A stretch of 63,893 nt of DNA, the filler included, from Intoshia linei (Eukaryota; Animalia; Orthonectida): NCBI GenBank assembly GCA_001642005.1. It is 9 parts of 9 records of this genome, joined end to end, with 100 filler letters (N's around TTAATTAATTAA, not from the genome) between each part and the next. Parts side by side here need not be neighbours in the genome. Positions count along the whole stretch, not along the records: positions 17,332 to 49,069 come from LWCA01000338.1; 8 more parts are not named here. One strand, written 5' to 3'. The notes beneath the pieces are model-generated. The model ran no database searches. It was given only the letters and a program-made list of their open reading frames with translations, and was not told the DNA's origin. The position numbers and the translations under genes were made by a program. Shown in pieces: positions 27,549-39,200 of this stretch. How positions within the stretch are numbered: position 1 is the stretch's first letter; every line of letters starts with the position of its first letter.

Positions 27549-29675
27549 TTTTAATTATTATTTACTGTTTGTATTTATTGTATCGAAGATATTTTGGAAA
27601 CTATTCACATTGCTACAGGTTAATCGGTTTTTATAATATTGTACTAATAAATTAGTATTTTTAGAGTACTATTTTCCAATAAAACTTGGACAATAAAACA
27701 GTCAATGTTTAACTTAAATTAAATAAAAAATAAAGTAAAATAACTTAAATTAAGTTAAATAATATAAAATTGTCAAAGTTACGATTAATCCTACAATTCT
27801 GAGTGAGCTGTTTTACATAGATTAAAGGAAACTTAACGGAAGCAGTTCAAAGTTTTATCAACATCATCATCATAGATGTCATCAACATAGGTAAATGAAA
27901 TTACAGTTTACGTTTTGTAAGTGTCATTCACGGATAATCCCAAAATACAAATAAATTTGTTGATTAAATGAAATCGAAAAGAAATGTTTATTAATCTTAG
28001 ATATAAACATTATTCGTATTATCCATAGTAACCTAAATGTATAAATTACTATACCTAACAATAAACTTATAGTCTAATTCTAGCAACACCAATTATAATT
28101 GGATTATATTATTTTGTCAATCAAATAAACAATCTTAACGATTGTAGTGTTGTGTGAAGCTTTGTAAAATAAAGATTAAAAATAAAAATTTTGTAAATAA
28201 ATACATTGTTTTCATTAGCAGTGTCTAATTAATTTAATTTGTTAATTAATTAAACATCAAAGTCAAAAAATGTATATATTCACCACAACAACGTTCAACT
28301 ATTTTGATCATACAGAGTCTGTGACAGACAGACTGTCTGTTTCTCAGAGACTTTGTAATTTAGAATACAGTCCATTTCCAATGCAACAAATTGATTAGCA
28401 AAAAAGATAAGTTCATAAAATGAACGTATCCATGTAATTAATGTAATCTAATCAACAAAGTTATATGTAAGTTTAATTTATACATAAATTGTGATATCTG
28501 TTTGAGAAAATATAACAAATTACAATTGAATATTTAAAGGTGAGTAAAAGCTAAACGTAATTTATTTGTAATTATTCAACGGTTCGTATTTACTATTTAC
28601 AATATTTTATGCAATTTGTCTGAAGTTGACAAATTTTCAGTTTGTAGACATCGTTTGGATTTGAATGAACAACTAAACAAATTTCAATTTGGCCGTTTAA
28701 ATATCGATATTTTGATAACATTGAAGAATTAAAGATTTTTGGTTCAACACCGTGTGCCTAGTTTCGTATAGGTACGGATATATCGATATTTTCGTTAAAA
28801 AGATTAATCAACATCAATATCGAAACAAAATTGGAAATATTGTATTCTTAGTAATTTTCTGTATATAATTTTGATTATTTATTCTATTTCTCGTTCAAAA
28901 GTACTACCGCTTCGTGTTATGGTTATGTATGTGGAGTTTTGGAACTATTTACTTATAGTAGAAGAGTGATTTTCAAGTTTGTTAAAAGTGAGAACCACCG
29001 TAGTATACTCAAGAGTTAAGACCACATCAACTAAAAATGTACCATGTAGGCATATTTAAAAGATACTTTTGATTTTAATTAAGCGTTTCAATTTGAGATG
29101 GGTGATTCCCATCTTACATGGAAAATAACAATTTAAATACCCTATTCTCGCCATTCTTGTGATTTTGAAAAAATTGGCGATATAGATAATTTAAAACTAT
29201 AGAAACAGCAGATAAAAGCTTTAAATGTTAAATAAAAATGAAGATAAGTTTTGTAAGAGCACTTTAGTGTGTAACCACACTACATAAATTACAGGTTAAA
29301 TTTCAATAACTTGTCGAAAAATGATTTTAAAACTTTTAGTTTATATTTAAAATTAATGACGAGTTGTATAGAGAATACTGTATATTGTTTTTAATTTAAA
29401 CAACTGTTTTATGAACCATTATAATTCATAATCCCCTATTTTTTACACAAATTTTAAACAAACAAAAACTTTACCTATTTACCCGGTAAACATCTTGTAG
29501 GTTTAGTATTTCAGGTTATTTAACTAATCGGTTTTAGTGTAGAAACTATTTAATTCCATATATTATGTTCAGTGGCTAAAAAATTCATTGACATATTTTA
29601 TTACTGATTTCTCTAACCTTAAAATGCATTGTAATATCTTAAATTAGGTTATATCTAAGTTATTCTGAGTTTTAA

Positions 29676-29812
29676 CCCTTTCCCTGTCTGAAATTTAGGT
29701 TTGAATTTACTGTTAAACTTGTATAATTTTTAAATTACCTATGTGAAAATAGAAGAATAAAATTTTTCAAATTATGCTGTGTATATTATGGAATACACAG
29801 TCAGTGAAAGGG
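29676..29812. mobile_element. piggyBac-like MITE
   Basis: TTAA-CCCTTTCCCTGTCTG ... CAGTCAGTGAAAGGG-TTAA: TTAA on both sides and a 15-bp TIR with 2 mismatches. Confidence 0.7.
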
Positions 29813-32800
29813 TTAAAAGCCATTAACAAAATAAAATTTTAAAATGCTAATTTATATATTATTTGACTCGATGTTATTGACTGAGTTGAAAATTAGAAAA
29901 TATTGAATATAACTAAATGTGGTGAGCCAACATTTTTATTTGAAAAGTTCAGTTGTAATTTTTTTTTATATTTGTATGAGAATGTTACACAAGTTGTGCC
30001 CACTTACAAACTAATTTCCAAGGAAAAGTATTTATACTATAGAAATTCTTGAATAAACATACAAAATATACCTTAAAAATGTTTACAACACTAATGTATT
30101 GTACAAACATGTATATTTATTATGAACTTTGTAAAATTATTAATTTGATATAGTGACTTTATATGCCAACAACGATTCAAGATCTGGTATACAGATTTGA
30201 TTAATAAAACTATTTTTTGAATGGTGTATACGATTAATAAATGTCTTATTTAAAAATTTGACCAAAAAATAAACGGCATCTATGTTGATAACGGAAAAAG
30301 AAATCATAGGAATCTAACCGATTAAAATATATGAAATCCCAACAATACATTTTTAATATTTTCAAATAAATTTAATGTTCCAACAAATTAACTATAGTCA
30401 ATAAATCAAAATCAAGTTTTGGACGAAGATTAAAATGACATTTGATAAGAATTATCAAGAAATCCTTTTTCATAAAGTGTTCATTAATATTAGTATGGGT
30501 AGAGTAGAGGTCAGCAGCCTTTTGCATATCGTGGGGCACTTTTTTATACAAAAAATTCAACGGCCCGTTTTATGAAAATGTACGCTTGATACATTTCAAT
30601 TTTAATCAAAGAGAAACGGTTCTAGTACAAAATAATAAAAACTCCAGTTCGATTTGAAAATTCTGTATTAAAATGATTATAATGAGTCCAATTTTAGTAG
30701 AAATGTTTAAAAGAAATAATTTACATACTTACTCAAAGGGTCACTGGTTGTCGAGGTTTATGTGTATTGTTTATGAAATAGTACCTAATTTTCACAATAG
30801 ATTTGTTGCTGACTTTTATGCTACATTTTAATTTTGATCTTCTTTCAATTGAATTTTGTAAATGTCCGATTTCATGCTCTAAAATTTGATTTATCAATTG
30901 TAAATATAATTATTCACAAAACATTACTTACTCCATAAAAATCAGACATAAAATTCCTTTCCCGTGTTCAATGTCGTCTACTCCAGGAAACTAACCTAAT
31001 GCTTTGATTTTTAATATGTTTGAATTGAATGTATTTATGAACTGTAAAAAATAATTTATTTGGTTGTGTAAAAACTTTTGCATTTGTTTACTTCCTAATA
31101 ACCAAAATAATTTCAATGCTTTTTATGCAATATGATCGTTTATTAAAACTTTCTAAAACATGAGTCTGCACCGCACTGGAATGGGAGGTGAACTGAAAAT
31201 TAATGTAAATTAAAATCTGAAGGATTTGAGTTTTGTTAAAATAATTTATTGTTTAAAAATGTCTGGATATAAAATTATAACACTGAATTCAATTTAGTGG
31301 CATGCTAATTGTAATATTGGTCTCAATTATAATTTTGAAAGTATGAACAGAGAATGTCACCCAATGTAGTTGTGTAGTACTTATTGACCACTATTATCTT
31401 TCAATTTTATGATGTTTTCAATGATGTAAATTTTAATTTGCCTTTAATTTTACTACGACCAACCACGCACATAAATCAGTATTTAAACTGCTATTAACAC
31501 GTCTTTCATTGTAATTTGTAAATAATATTTCTTTACATAAGTCTGACAGAAATTTCTACATACAATTGCTTCTCTAAAATATACATTGTTAGAAGTGTAA
31601 TGATTTTCCGTGAAATTGTGTTCTGATCAATACTCTACTCAGAAAATCAACATTGATAAATTTTATTCACAATTGTCAATAACTTATTCGGTTCTATATT
31701 TGATTTAATTTTATCACAGTATCCTTTTCTGTATTGACTTTAATCTTACAATTTGATCGAAATAATTGAATGAACATTTATGGCAAAGAAAGTCCTTAAC
31801 ATTAAATTTTTGTACGTAAAATTAAAGGCAGAGCCACACATAGCTCATCCACATAAAAAATTAACAAATAACATTGTAAAGCTGCACTACAGTTGTATAG
31901 ATAATGCATTATCTGTAATGTTATGTCGAAATTTTATTTCATATATGAACTAGTGAGTAACAATTATTCGGAAACCTTAAAAATATGGGAGATAGCTGTG
32001 TTTCTTCTATGTTTGATTTGATCGCGTATACTATTAATTCAGTCATAGCAATTTTAATAGATCATTCTATCAAATAGAATCTTCCAATCGTTTTATTTCA
32101 ACAGAATTCCATCTTATACGATATAAACAAATTATCTCGATTAGAGTAGTTTATCTTCAATTAAATTCTTCATGTATCATGCAATTATAATTACAAACTA
32201 AACATTAGTGATTTAATAAAAATCGTTTATAAACAATTATCAATTTAAATGTTAAACCGATTAATCGGAAATTCCGATTCGGAATATATTTCGATTATTA
32301 TAATCGAAAATCATTTCTAATATGTGTGTTTCACCTTTTTCTGATATTTCTTTTGAAATATGTAAAGTGCTAAAACAACTAACATAAATGGACAATAATA
32401 CTATTTTTTCGAATACTTTTAAATTTCGAAATTATACTGTAAAGTTTAAATTTGTTTTCACGCATCGGGTATGATCTTATCATATAATTTTATAGAATTT
32501 GAACACCACAAGGGTAACCGATATCAAATTACATTAATTGAATTTGCGAATTATTATTTTTATTCTAATTGTCCATAGTACATATAATAGTAAATACGAA
32601 TATTATCAATATTCGTTTATTTGGAATATTTCCGTCTTCTCACATTTCGTTTGATTTTGTAATAAAATGGAATTATAGTCAGATCCAAGTATACATTAAT
32701 TGCAAATTAAAAAAATATATTTATACATTATAAATGTATTTACATTGTTAATATATTATGTATTAAAATAATATAAGCCTTTATTATAAAATGATAAATT

Positions 32801-32856
32801 CGATTTAAATTGAATGTGTTCTTGATAAAAACAATTTTGCTACCTATTAATATATA

Positions 32857-33061
32857 CAGTATTCTCTATAACTCGCCATTCTTTGGATTTAGAAAAAGTT
32901 GTCGAGATAGAGAATTTAAAACTATTGAAACATTATCGGTTAAATTGCAATAAAATGTAAATTGTAAAATTTAATACAAAATAAGTTAACTTATTTTGAA
33001 AATAGTTTTAGAACTTTTAGTTTATATTTTAAATTAATGGCGAGTAGTGGAGAGAATACTG
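32857..33061. mobile_element. Tc1/pogo-like MITE (CAGTATTCTCT termini, TA flanks); related copy at about 29140-29381
   Basis: TA-CAGTATTCTCT...AGAGAATACTG-TA. Internal sequence is shared with 29140-29381. Confidence 0.7.
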
Positions 33062-33456
33062 TATATATTAATAGGTAGCAAAATTGTTTTTATCAAGAAA
33101 ACATTCAATTTTCGAGGATAACGCTAAAATGTTGATATTATTTTTTTCTAATTATGATTTGAATTAGTATTTAATGAAGAATTATAACTGCAAAACAAAT
33201 GTTATTGTTTTATAAAGATGTATTCATGATATGGTTTTTGATCTCGACGAATAGTAAAGTTTTAAAAACCATCAAGTTGTAAAAAGTTTAAAATAATCTC
33301 ACTAATTAGTGATCAGTAAATTATTAATCATAATCTGAAAAGTTTTTTATCATGCTGTATTGCCTTATTTTATAAGATTTAAATTTCAAATATGTAATAT
33401 ATTGCCATAAAATATTAAGTAGACTCAATTAAAACAGTATACTGCAGCATTTAACC

Positions 33457-34230
33457 CAGGGGTGGCCAACGTATTGTGTCATTGGAGGTAGCGCATTGTC
33501 AATTTTGATGAACTAAAATTTAAATTGTGGGACAATTGAAAATTTTAACATTTTCTTTTAGTTATCCGAGGTAGTGGAGAAATAACTTGAAACGAATCTA
33601 CTGAAAAATCTGTTCAGCTTATATTGGTTAATCTTAATTGATTTGATCATTGATTTATGGGAATTTTAATAATTTCTTTCACTTAATCATTAAGTCTTAA
33701 TTAATGATTTGTTATATTTCTTGAAGAACATTATGCTCTCATTGACGCATTTAAATCCAAATATTGAAAAACTGGAAAGATCCGTGTCCATTCAAACGAT
33801 CGTAAAATCAAATGATCATAGTTAATATTAATTTTAATATATGATAATATTTGATCGTAGATCTACAGACCAAAATTAAAACTGAAATATTAAGATACCA
33901 TATTATACCTACAAACCATATTACACAAAAATTAGAAATATTCTATGGTGTTAACACCAGAGAATATTTTTTTATCCAATTCAATTATAAATTCTAATAT
34001 TAGTATATTTTTACGATATTTTGATTTACGATCATTTGATTTACTATCTTTTGATAGTGCGCCGAAAGATCCACTCCACAGTATATTTTTATATTGTAAA
34101 AAAATTGAAATAGTTTATATTTTTATACATATAAATTTTATTAGTAGCCGGACTTTTGCAAAAATTTTTGGCGCTACTGAGATCGCTGATAAAAATGTGC
34201 GCATGGTATGTAAAAGGTTGGCCACCCCTG
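33457..34230. mobile_element. hAT-like non-autonomous element, 774 bp
   Basis: Perfect 14-bp TIR CAGGGGTGGCCAAC and an exact 8-bp TSD ATTTAACC on both sides. Confidence 0.9.
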
Positions 34231-34760
34231 ATTTAACCGGTATTTGAAATGAATTATGTGAATACGATTTGGAAATACCCTAATTTTTTTACCTGTCAAT
34301 ACATAAAAAATCGTGCAATTTTATATATGATTCGTTACTTTGTGTGGTTAGTTTTTTAACATATAAATTATTATTTTTGTTAACTCTTTAACCCACAATA
34401 TTACACAAACAAAACTTAATTCATAATTATTATTATAATTCATAATAACATTTTGAAATTTTACTCAACTTTAACCTTTAAATCTACCTTTTTTAGTCAA
34501 ATAATAGAAAATTATAATCCAGCAATATAATTGTTACACAAAGATGATCAAGACGATTTGATGTAGGGATAAATATTATCTTTGTTTATTATTTCTCCAA
34601 TAATTTTGAATTGTTGATTAATATAATTGTGCCTATTTGTAAACATCTAAAAGTCCACACTGTACAATTAACTAAATTACGTAAAAAATTGGATATACGC
34701 AGTTCCCAGTTTTCTTTTGAATAGAGTGTCGAATCGACGCTGTCTAGTTACACCTTATAC

Positions 34761-35140
34761 CAGTGATTCTTAATCGGTGCGCCATGATTAGAGTTCAAGT
34801 GCACCGCAACTAAATTTGAGTTTAGTTTATATTTTAAAAAAATGGTGTCAACTTTTACATTAACATTATTTGATGAACATTTTTGGATTTATATAAAATA
34901 ATATAGTGAACGCCAAAAATAGCAAAATTTACATCAAATATTCTTTACTAAATTTAAGTTTACTAACAGTAAATAAAAGTATTTTTTTATTATTTTGATT
35001 TTATATTTTTATTATTATTTTTCCTAACTATTTGCACTTTTTCTAAAATTGATCTTTTTTTCTTATCAAAATTTAAGGTGTACCAAATTTTTATTTTTTT
35101 ATCTGGTGCGCCCTAAAGTAAAAAAGGTTAAGAAACACTG
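34761..35140. mobile_element. hAT-like MITE
   Basis: TIRs CAGTGATTCTTAA / TTAAGAAACACTG with a degenerate TSD. Similar ends occur at 8966-9158 and at 16291. Confidence 0.65.
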
Positions 35141-35159
35141 TATAATACAGTACGAAAAG

Positions 35160-35417
35160 AGGCAACCTACCAATCTCAAGTTCACCCGAAAATGAAAAAT
35201 AGTTATTGCAAACTATGAATAGCGTCATATAGCCCTAGCCATATATACAAGTCTCTTGTGCTTGACATTTTAAATTTAATAAACAAAAGTGTTCACAATG
35301 ATATTCTACAATTTATTTATGTAATACTCTGTTTGAAAAAATCAGGCTCCCATTTTACCAAAATTTTTTCGAGAGTCCTCGAAAAGAGGTCTCGAGTACG
35401 GTAGGTTCGGCATTGAC
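35160..35417. repeat. Dispersed MITE-like family (AACCTAC..CTCGAGGCCACC / CTCGAGTACGGTAGGTTCGGCATTGA ends)
   Basis: Related copies at about 9212-9418, 20135-20210, 26870-27100 (inverted) and 43830-44035 (inverted). Confidence 0.6.
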
Positions 35418-35670
35418 TATGAGTTACGCTTGAATGAAAATAATATAAAAAACAAATTTAAATTAAGTTCATATTAACAAATAAAAATTAATTTACAAAA
35501 CAAGTTTTGGCTGATATAATTTGCGATACAAATTATATATGTGAGCAATAAAATTTACTCATATTTGAGTATTTTGGAGTTTTACAAGCTCAAGTTTTAC
35601 ACTGACAACAATAATGATCATATCCCAATATAGACCATTTGAATTTATGTGATGTATAAAGTATATATGT

Positions 35671-35702
<32 letters not shown>

Positions 35703-36201
35703 TATATTTTTTATTAGAACCTACTTTATAAGTCGATGCCTTTTAAGTTTTTATCTAGAAAAATTAAATCGGTTGATGTCTACCCCCACAAATGTAATAA
35801 TTGTAATTCATACAAAAATGTTAACATAATTATAATTTTATTTTATTTATAATAAACTTTGGGTTGGTTGGTATGGTTGTAACTCTTTTGATGGGTTTAC
35901 CATGTTTTGTGGTCCATTCTGTTTTTTTTTAATTCTGTTCTAGCTAATTTATTTTGGTTTTCAATGATGTTTGATTTCCTCATAATTTATCCCAAAAACT
36001 ATAGATAAAGTTAATTATAAACTCAATATAAATTTCGTTAAAATCAAAATAAATTTGCTAGAGTTTAATTAAAAAAAACAAAAAATATACAAAACCCAAA
36101 AGGATAACCATCCTTGATTCAAACCGTGTAAATACAAACCGTTGAGTCATTTAAATATGATAATATTGATATATAATATATTTTTATAGAAATAATAGAA
36201 T

Positions 36202-39200
36202 ATGAATCAGCCTAAATTGAACTCTAAAAATGTAATATAATGGTAATCAATAATAATTTTTCTATAGAAAGATCTGTCGGAAATCATGGCTGAAGCTAAC
36301 AATTTGGAGAATTTCAACTACGGGAAAAAGGTAATTTTAATTTTGTAATTTTTTTGATAAAATTAAATTTAGTTAAATGCACCTGACAGAAAGTTCATGT
36401 ATAATACACCAAAAATAAAACACGGTAGTAACCCTCGAAACAGCCGACTGGGTATATTATAAATAAATATATCAATATTGTTATCAAAATATACAAAGTA
36501 CCTTTGATTCGTTTTGATTTCTATTTAGATAAGGATAGCAGCGAAGAAAGTATGAATGATGTTGACGATGATGCTAGATATCAACAATTATATTGCATCT
36601 GTCGATCACCGTATAATAATAGGTAATATTGAATTAAGTTTAAATTATTTTTAAACAACTACAAATATTTATAGATTCATGATAAGATGCGACACTTGTA
36701 AAGAGTGGTTTCATGGAAATTGTGTAAATGTATCTCCGGAAATGGGTCATCAAATGGAAATTAACAATACTGCTTGGTATTGTCAATCTTGCCAAGGTAT
36801 TTAATTTTTGGTTGTTTATAGACATTTTTTAGATAGGCATCCATGGGTAGACAAAAATGTGATGGAGTGGAAAGATTCTCCCACTGACTATGGATTTAAA
36901 AAGAAGGTTATTTAAAAATTAATTGTATTAATGAATTACTTAGATATGCTATGCTGAGGGTTGTAATAATTCTGTAAACAATAAAAATTCCCATTATTGC
37001 AATAATGCTTGTGTAAGGATATACATTTCTCAAAAACTTAAAATTTTGGACCAGTATCGCAAAAAAACAAACGATAAATATGGAAGAGACGTATTTTTCT
37101 TTGTTTTTGTATATATTCTTGTTTAGGACACATATAAAAACATGGCAGATGAACCAGTCAACATGTTTGATCCCGTTAGTGGAAACATTTTAACTGGTAA
37201 CTCGGCTCCTCTGCGTAAAAATTTGATTCTTTGGATGTTAGCTCACCAAAATTATGAAATTTACATTTCTGAAGATATTAAAGGTTATTTACCAAAATTT
37301 TCAAAATATATTACCAGGTAGGATTACCAAATGTTTAAATTTCTCTTTTTTCTTATGAATATTTTTAATTTCACCTACACATAAAATTTTTTACTCCTTA
37401 GTACTAATCATTGAATTTGAAATTTTATTATAGACTTGTTTAAATATTAAACTTTTAGATCAAATAAAATCTGAAAATGATAATAAAGATATTGTGAAAA
37501 ATAATGTGAAATTTACTTCCTCTAGTTCCATTCAAATTGCTTCTAGAGTTCCCAATTCTTTTCAAATTAAAGCTCGACAAGTTTTTAAAAAAATATTGAA
37601 AAAATGGTAATTATTTTTATTACATTACTAATTTATATATCTATATATATTATCAGTGATAATATATATTCAGTACCAATTTAATAAATATTTAAAAATA
37701 CTAATTATTTATCAATAATTAACGGAATATTTCAGATGAATTTTACCAATATTTGCAAAACATTGTAATAGATATAAAAATGATAATAACAAAGTTGTAG
37801 TTTTAATCTAAAATATTTTGATATGCTTTTTTAATTAAAATAAATACGATCGGTCAACTTAATTAAAATACTTTTTGTGTTTATTTTAAATTATCTTTTT
37901 TAGAATTTAAAAATATTTATTCTAAGCCAGTTTGTCTGATTTCCTATAATTTAATTCTGCATTTTAATATATTCAGTACTTATTTTGATCAAAACAAGTC
38001 ATAAAATGGATTAATGTTATATATTGCATAGAATATGTACAACTGTGAAATGTACACATTCCACGGACAAGTTGTAGAATCTATACATTATATGGGTAAG
38101 TCGTAGAATCTGTAAAATTTTGATTTATATTTTAATTTTGGGTTTTTAGGAAATTTTTTTTGAACCAAATATTTGAAAGGGGTTTTTAGGATTTTTTTTG
38201 AACCACACTTTGAAGAGGGTTTTTAAGATTTTTTTTGAGCAGAACTTTAAGGGTGGTTTTTTTTAAAAATTTTTTCGAATTAAATTTGAAGGTTTGAGTT
38301 TTTAGGAAATTTTTTTGGAACCAATCTTAAAAACCAAATTCTAATCTTGAAAGTATGGCTCAAAAAAAATTCTAAAAAACCCCTTTGAAAGTGTATAAAT
38401 AATAATAATTATAATAAGAAAGAAAGCCCATATAATGTGTACATTTCACAGTTTTACACATTCTATACCAGTGGTTCCCAAATGGGGGCCTACAGAGTCT
38501 GAGGGGGGCCGCAGATTTAAGAAAAATTTTAAAATTTAATTAGAATCGTTAACATTAATTTGATTTAGTATTTAATATTTAATTAATATATTCTTGAAAT
38601 TCAGATTAATTTTGGATTATAATAAATTTAAATGTTATTAACCCTTACGATACAATAACACTTATATAAACAAAAAGAACAATCATAACTTTACAATTGT
38701 TTGTATGCTAGGCCCTAGTAACTAGGGTGTCAACTATATTAAAGTATGATTTATAACTAAAATAAAACCAGTAATATTAATATTAAAAGATAACATTTTT
38801 TTAATTGCTGTTATACTAATATAATAAACATATTCACTATGCTGGGCTAATTTATGTCTCAATTATATCTCTAAAAAACGCGATAAGAATTAAAAACTTC
38901 TGTAAAAAATATCAGGCCCAAATTTCTCATTGAGAAGGAAAAATAAATTTTTTCATTAAAAAATTTATGTTTTTAATATTAGAAACGTAATTTTTTAATT
39001 AAAAATCAAATTATTTTTAATTTTTTCAAGGCGGGGAAAATAATCTTTACGAGAATTAATTAAAAATTAAAAATTTAGCTCTGAAAGCAATAGTTTAATG
39101 TTGAACGATGAAGAAATAAAGAATTATGCCATGTGTTTAGAAAGGGCGTTATTTGATTATTGTGGTGAAGTAAATTCTTCCTATAAATCGAAATATGAAG

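Noticed and set aside
30785-30880. Minus-strand HEIGH (HExxH-like) short frame
   Set aside because: No consistent exon chain or metalloprotease context, and the neighbouring candidate exon overlaps a hAT element end.
31675-31740. TATCACAG miR-2-like seed
   Set aside because: The flanking sequence does not form a convincing precursor hairpin.
33945-34247. 100-aa ORF (also ORFs at 47662-47928, 18904-19110, 23713-23940, 61625-61828, 62208-62396)
   Set aside because: These lie inside MITEs, introns or tandem repeats, have AT-biased composition and show no recognisable motifs.
35860-36150. Possible small minus-strand gene upstream of the DIDO-like gene
   Set aside because: Every splice combination tried gives a peptide of about 30 aa or less with no motif; the region looks more like a degenerate inverted repeat.
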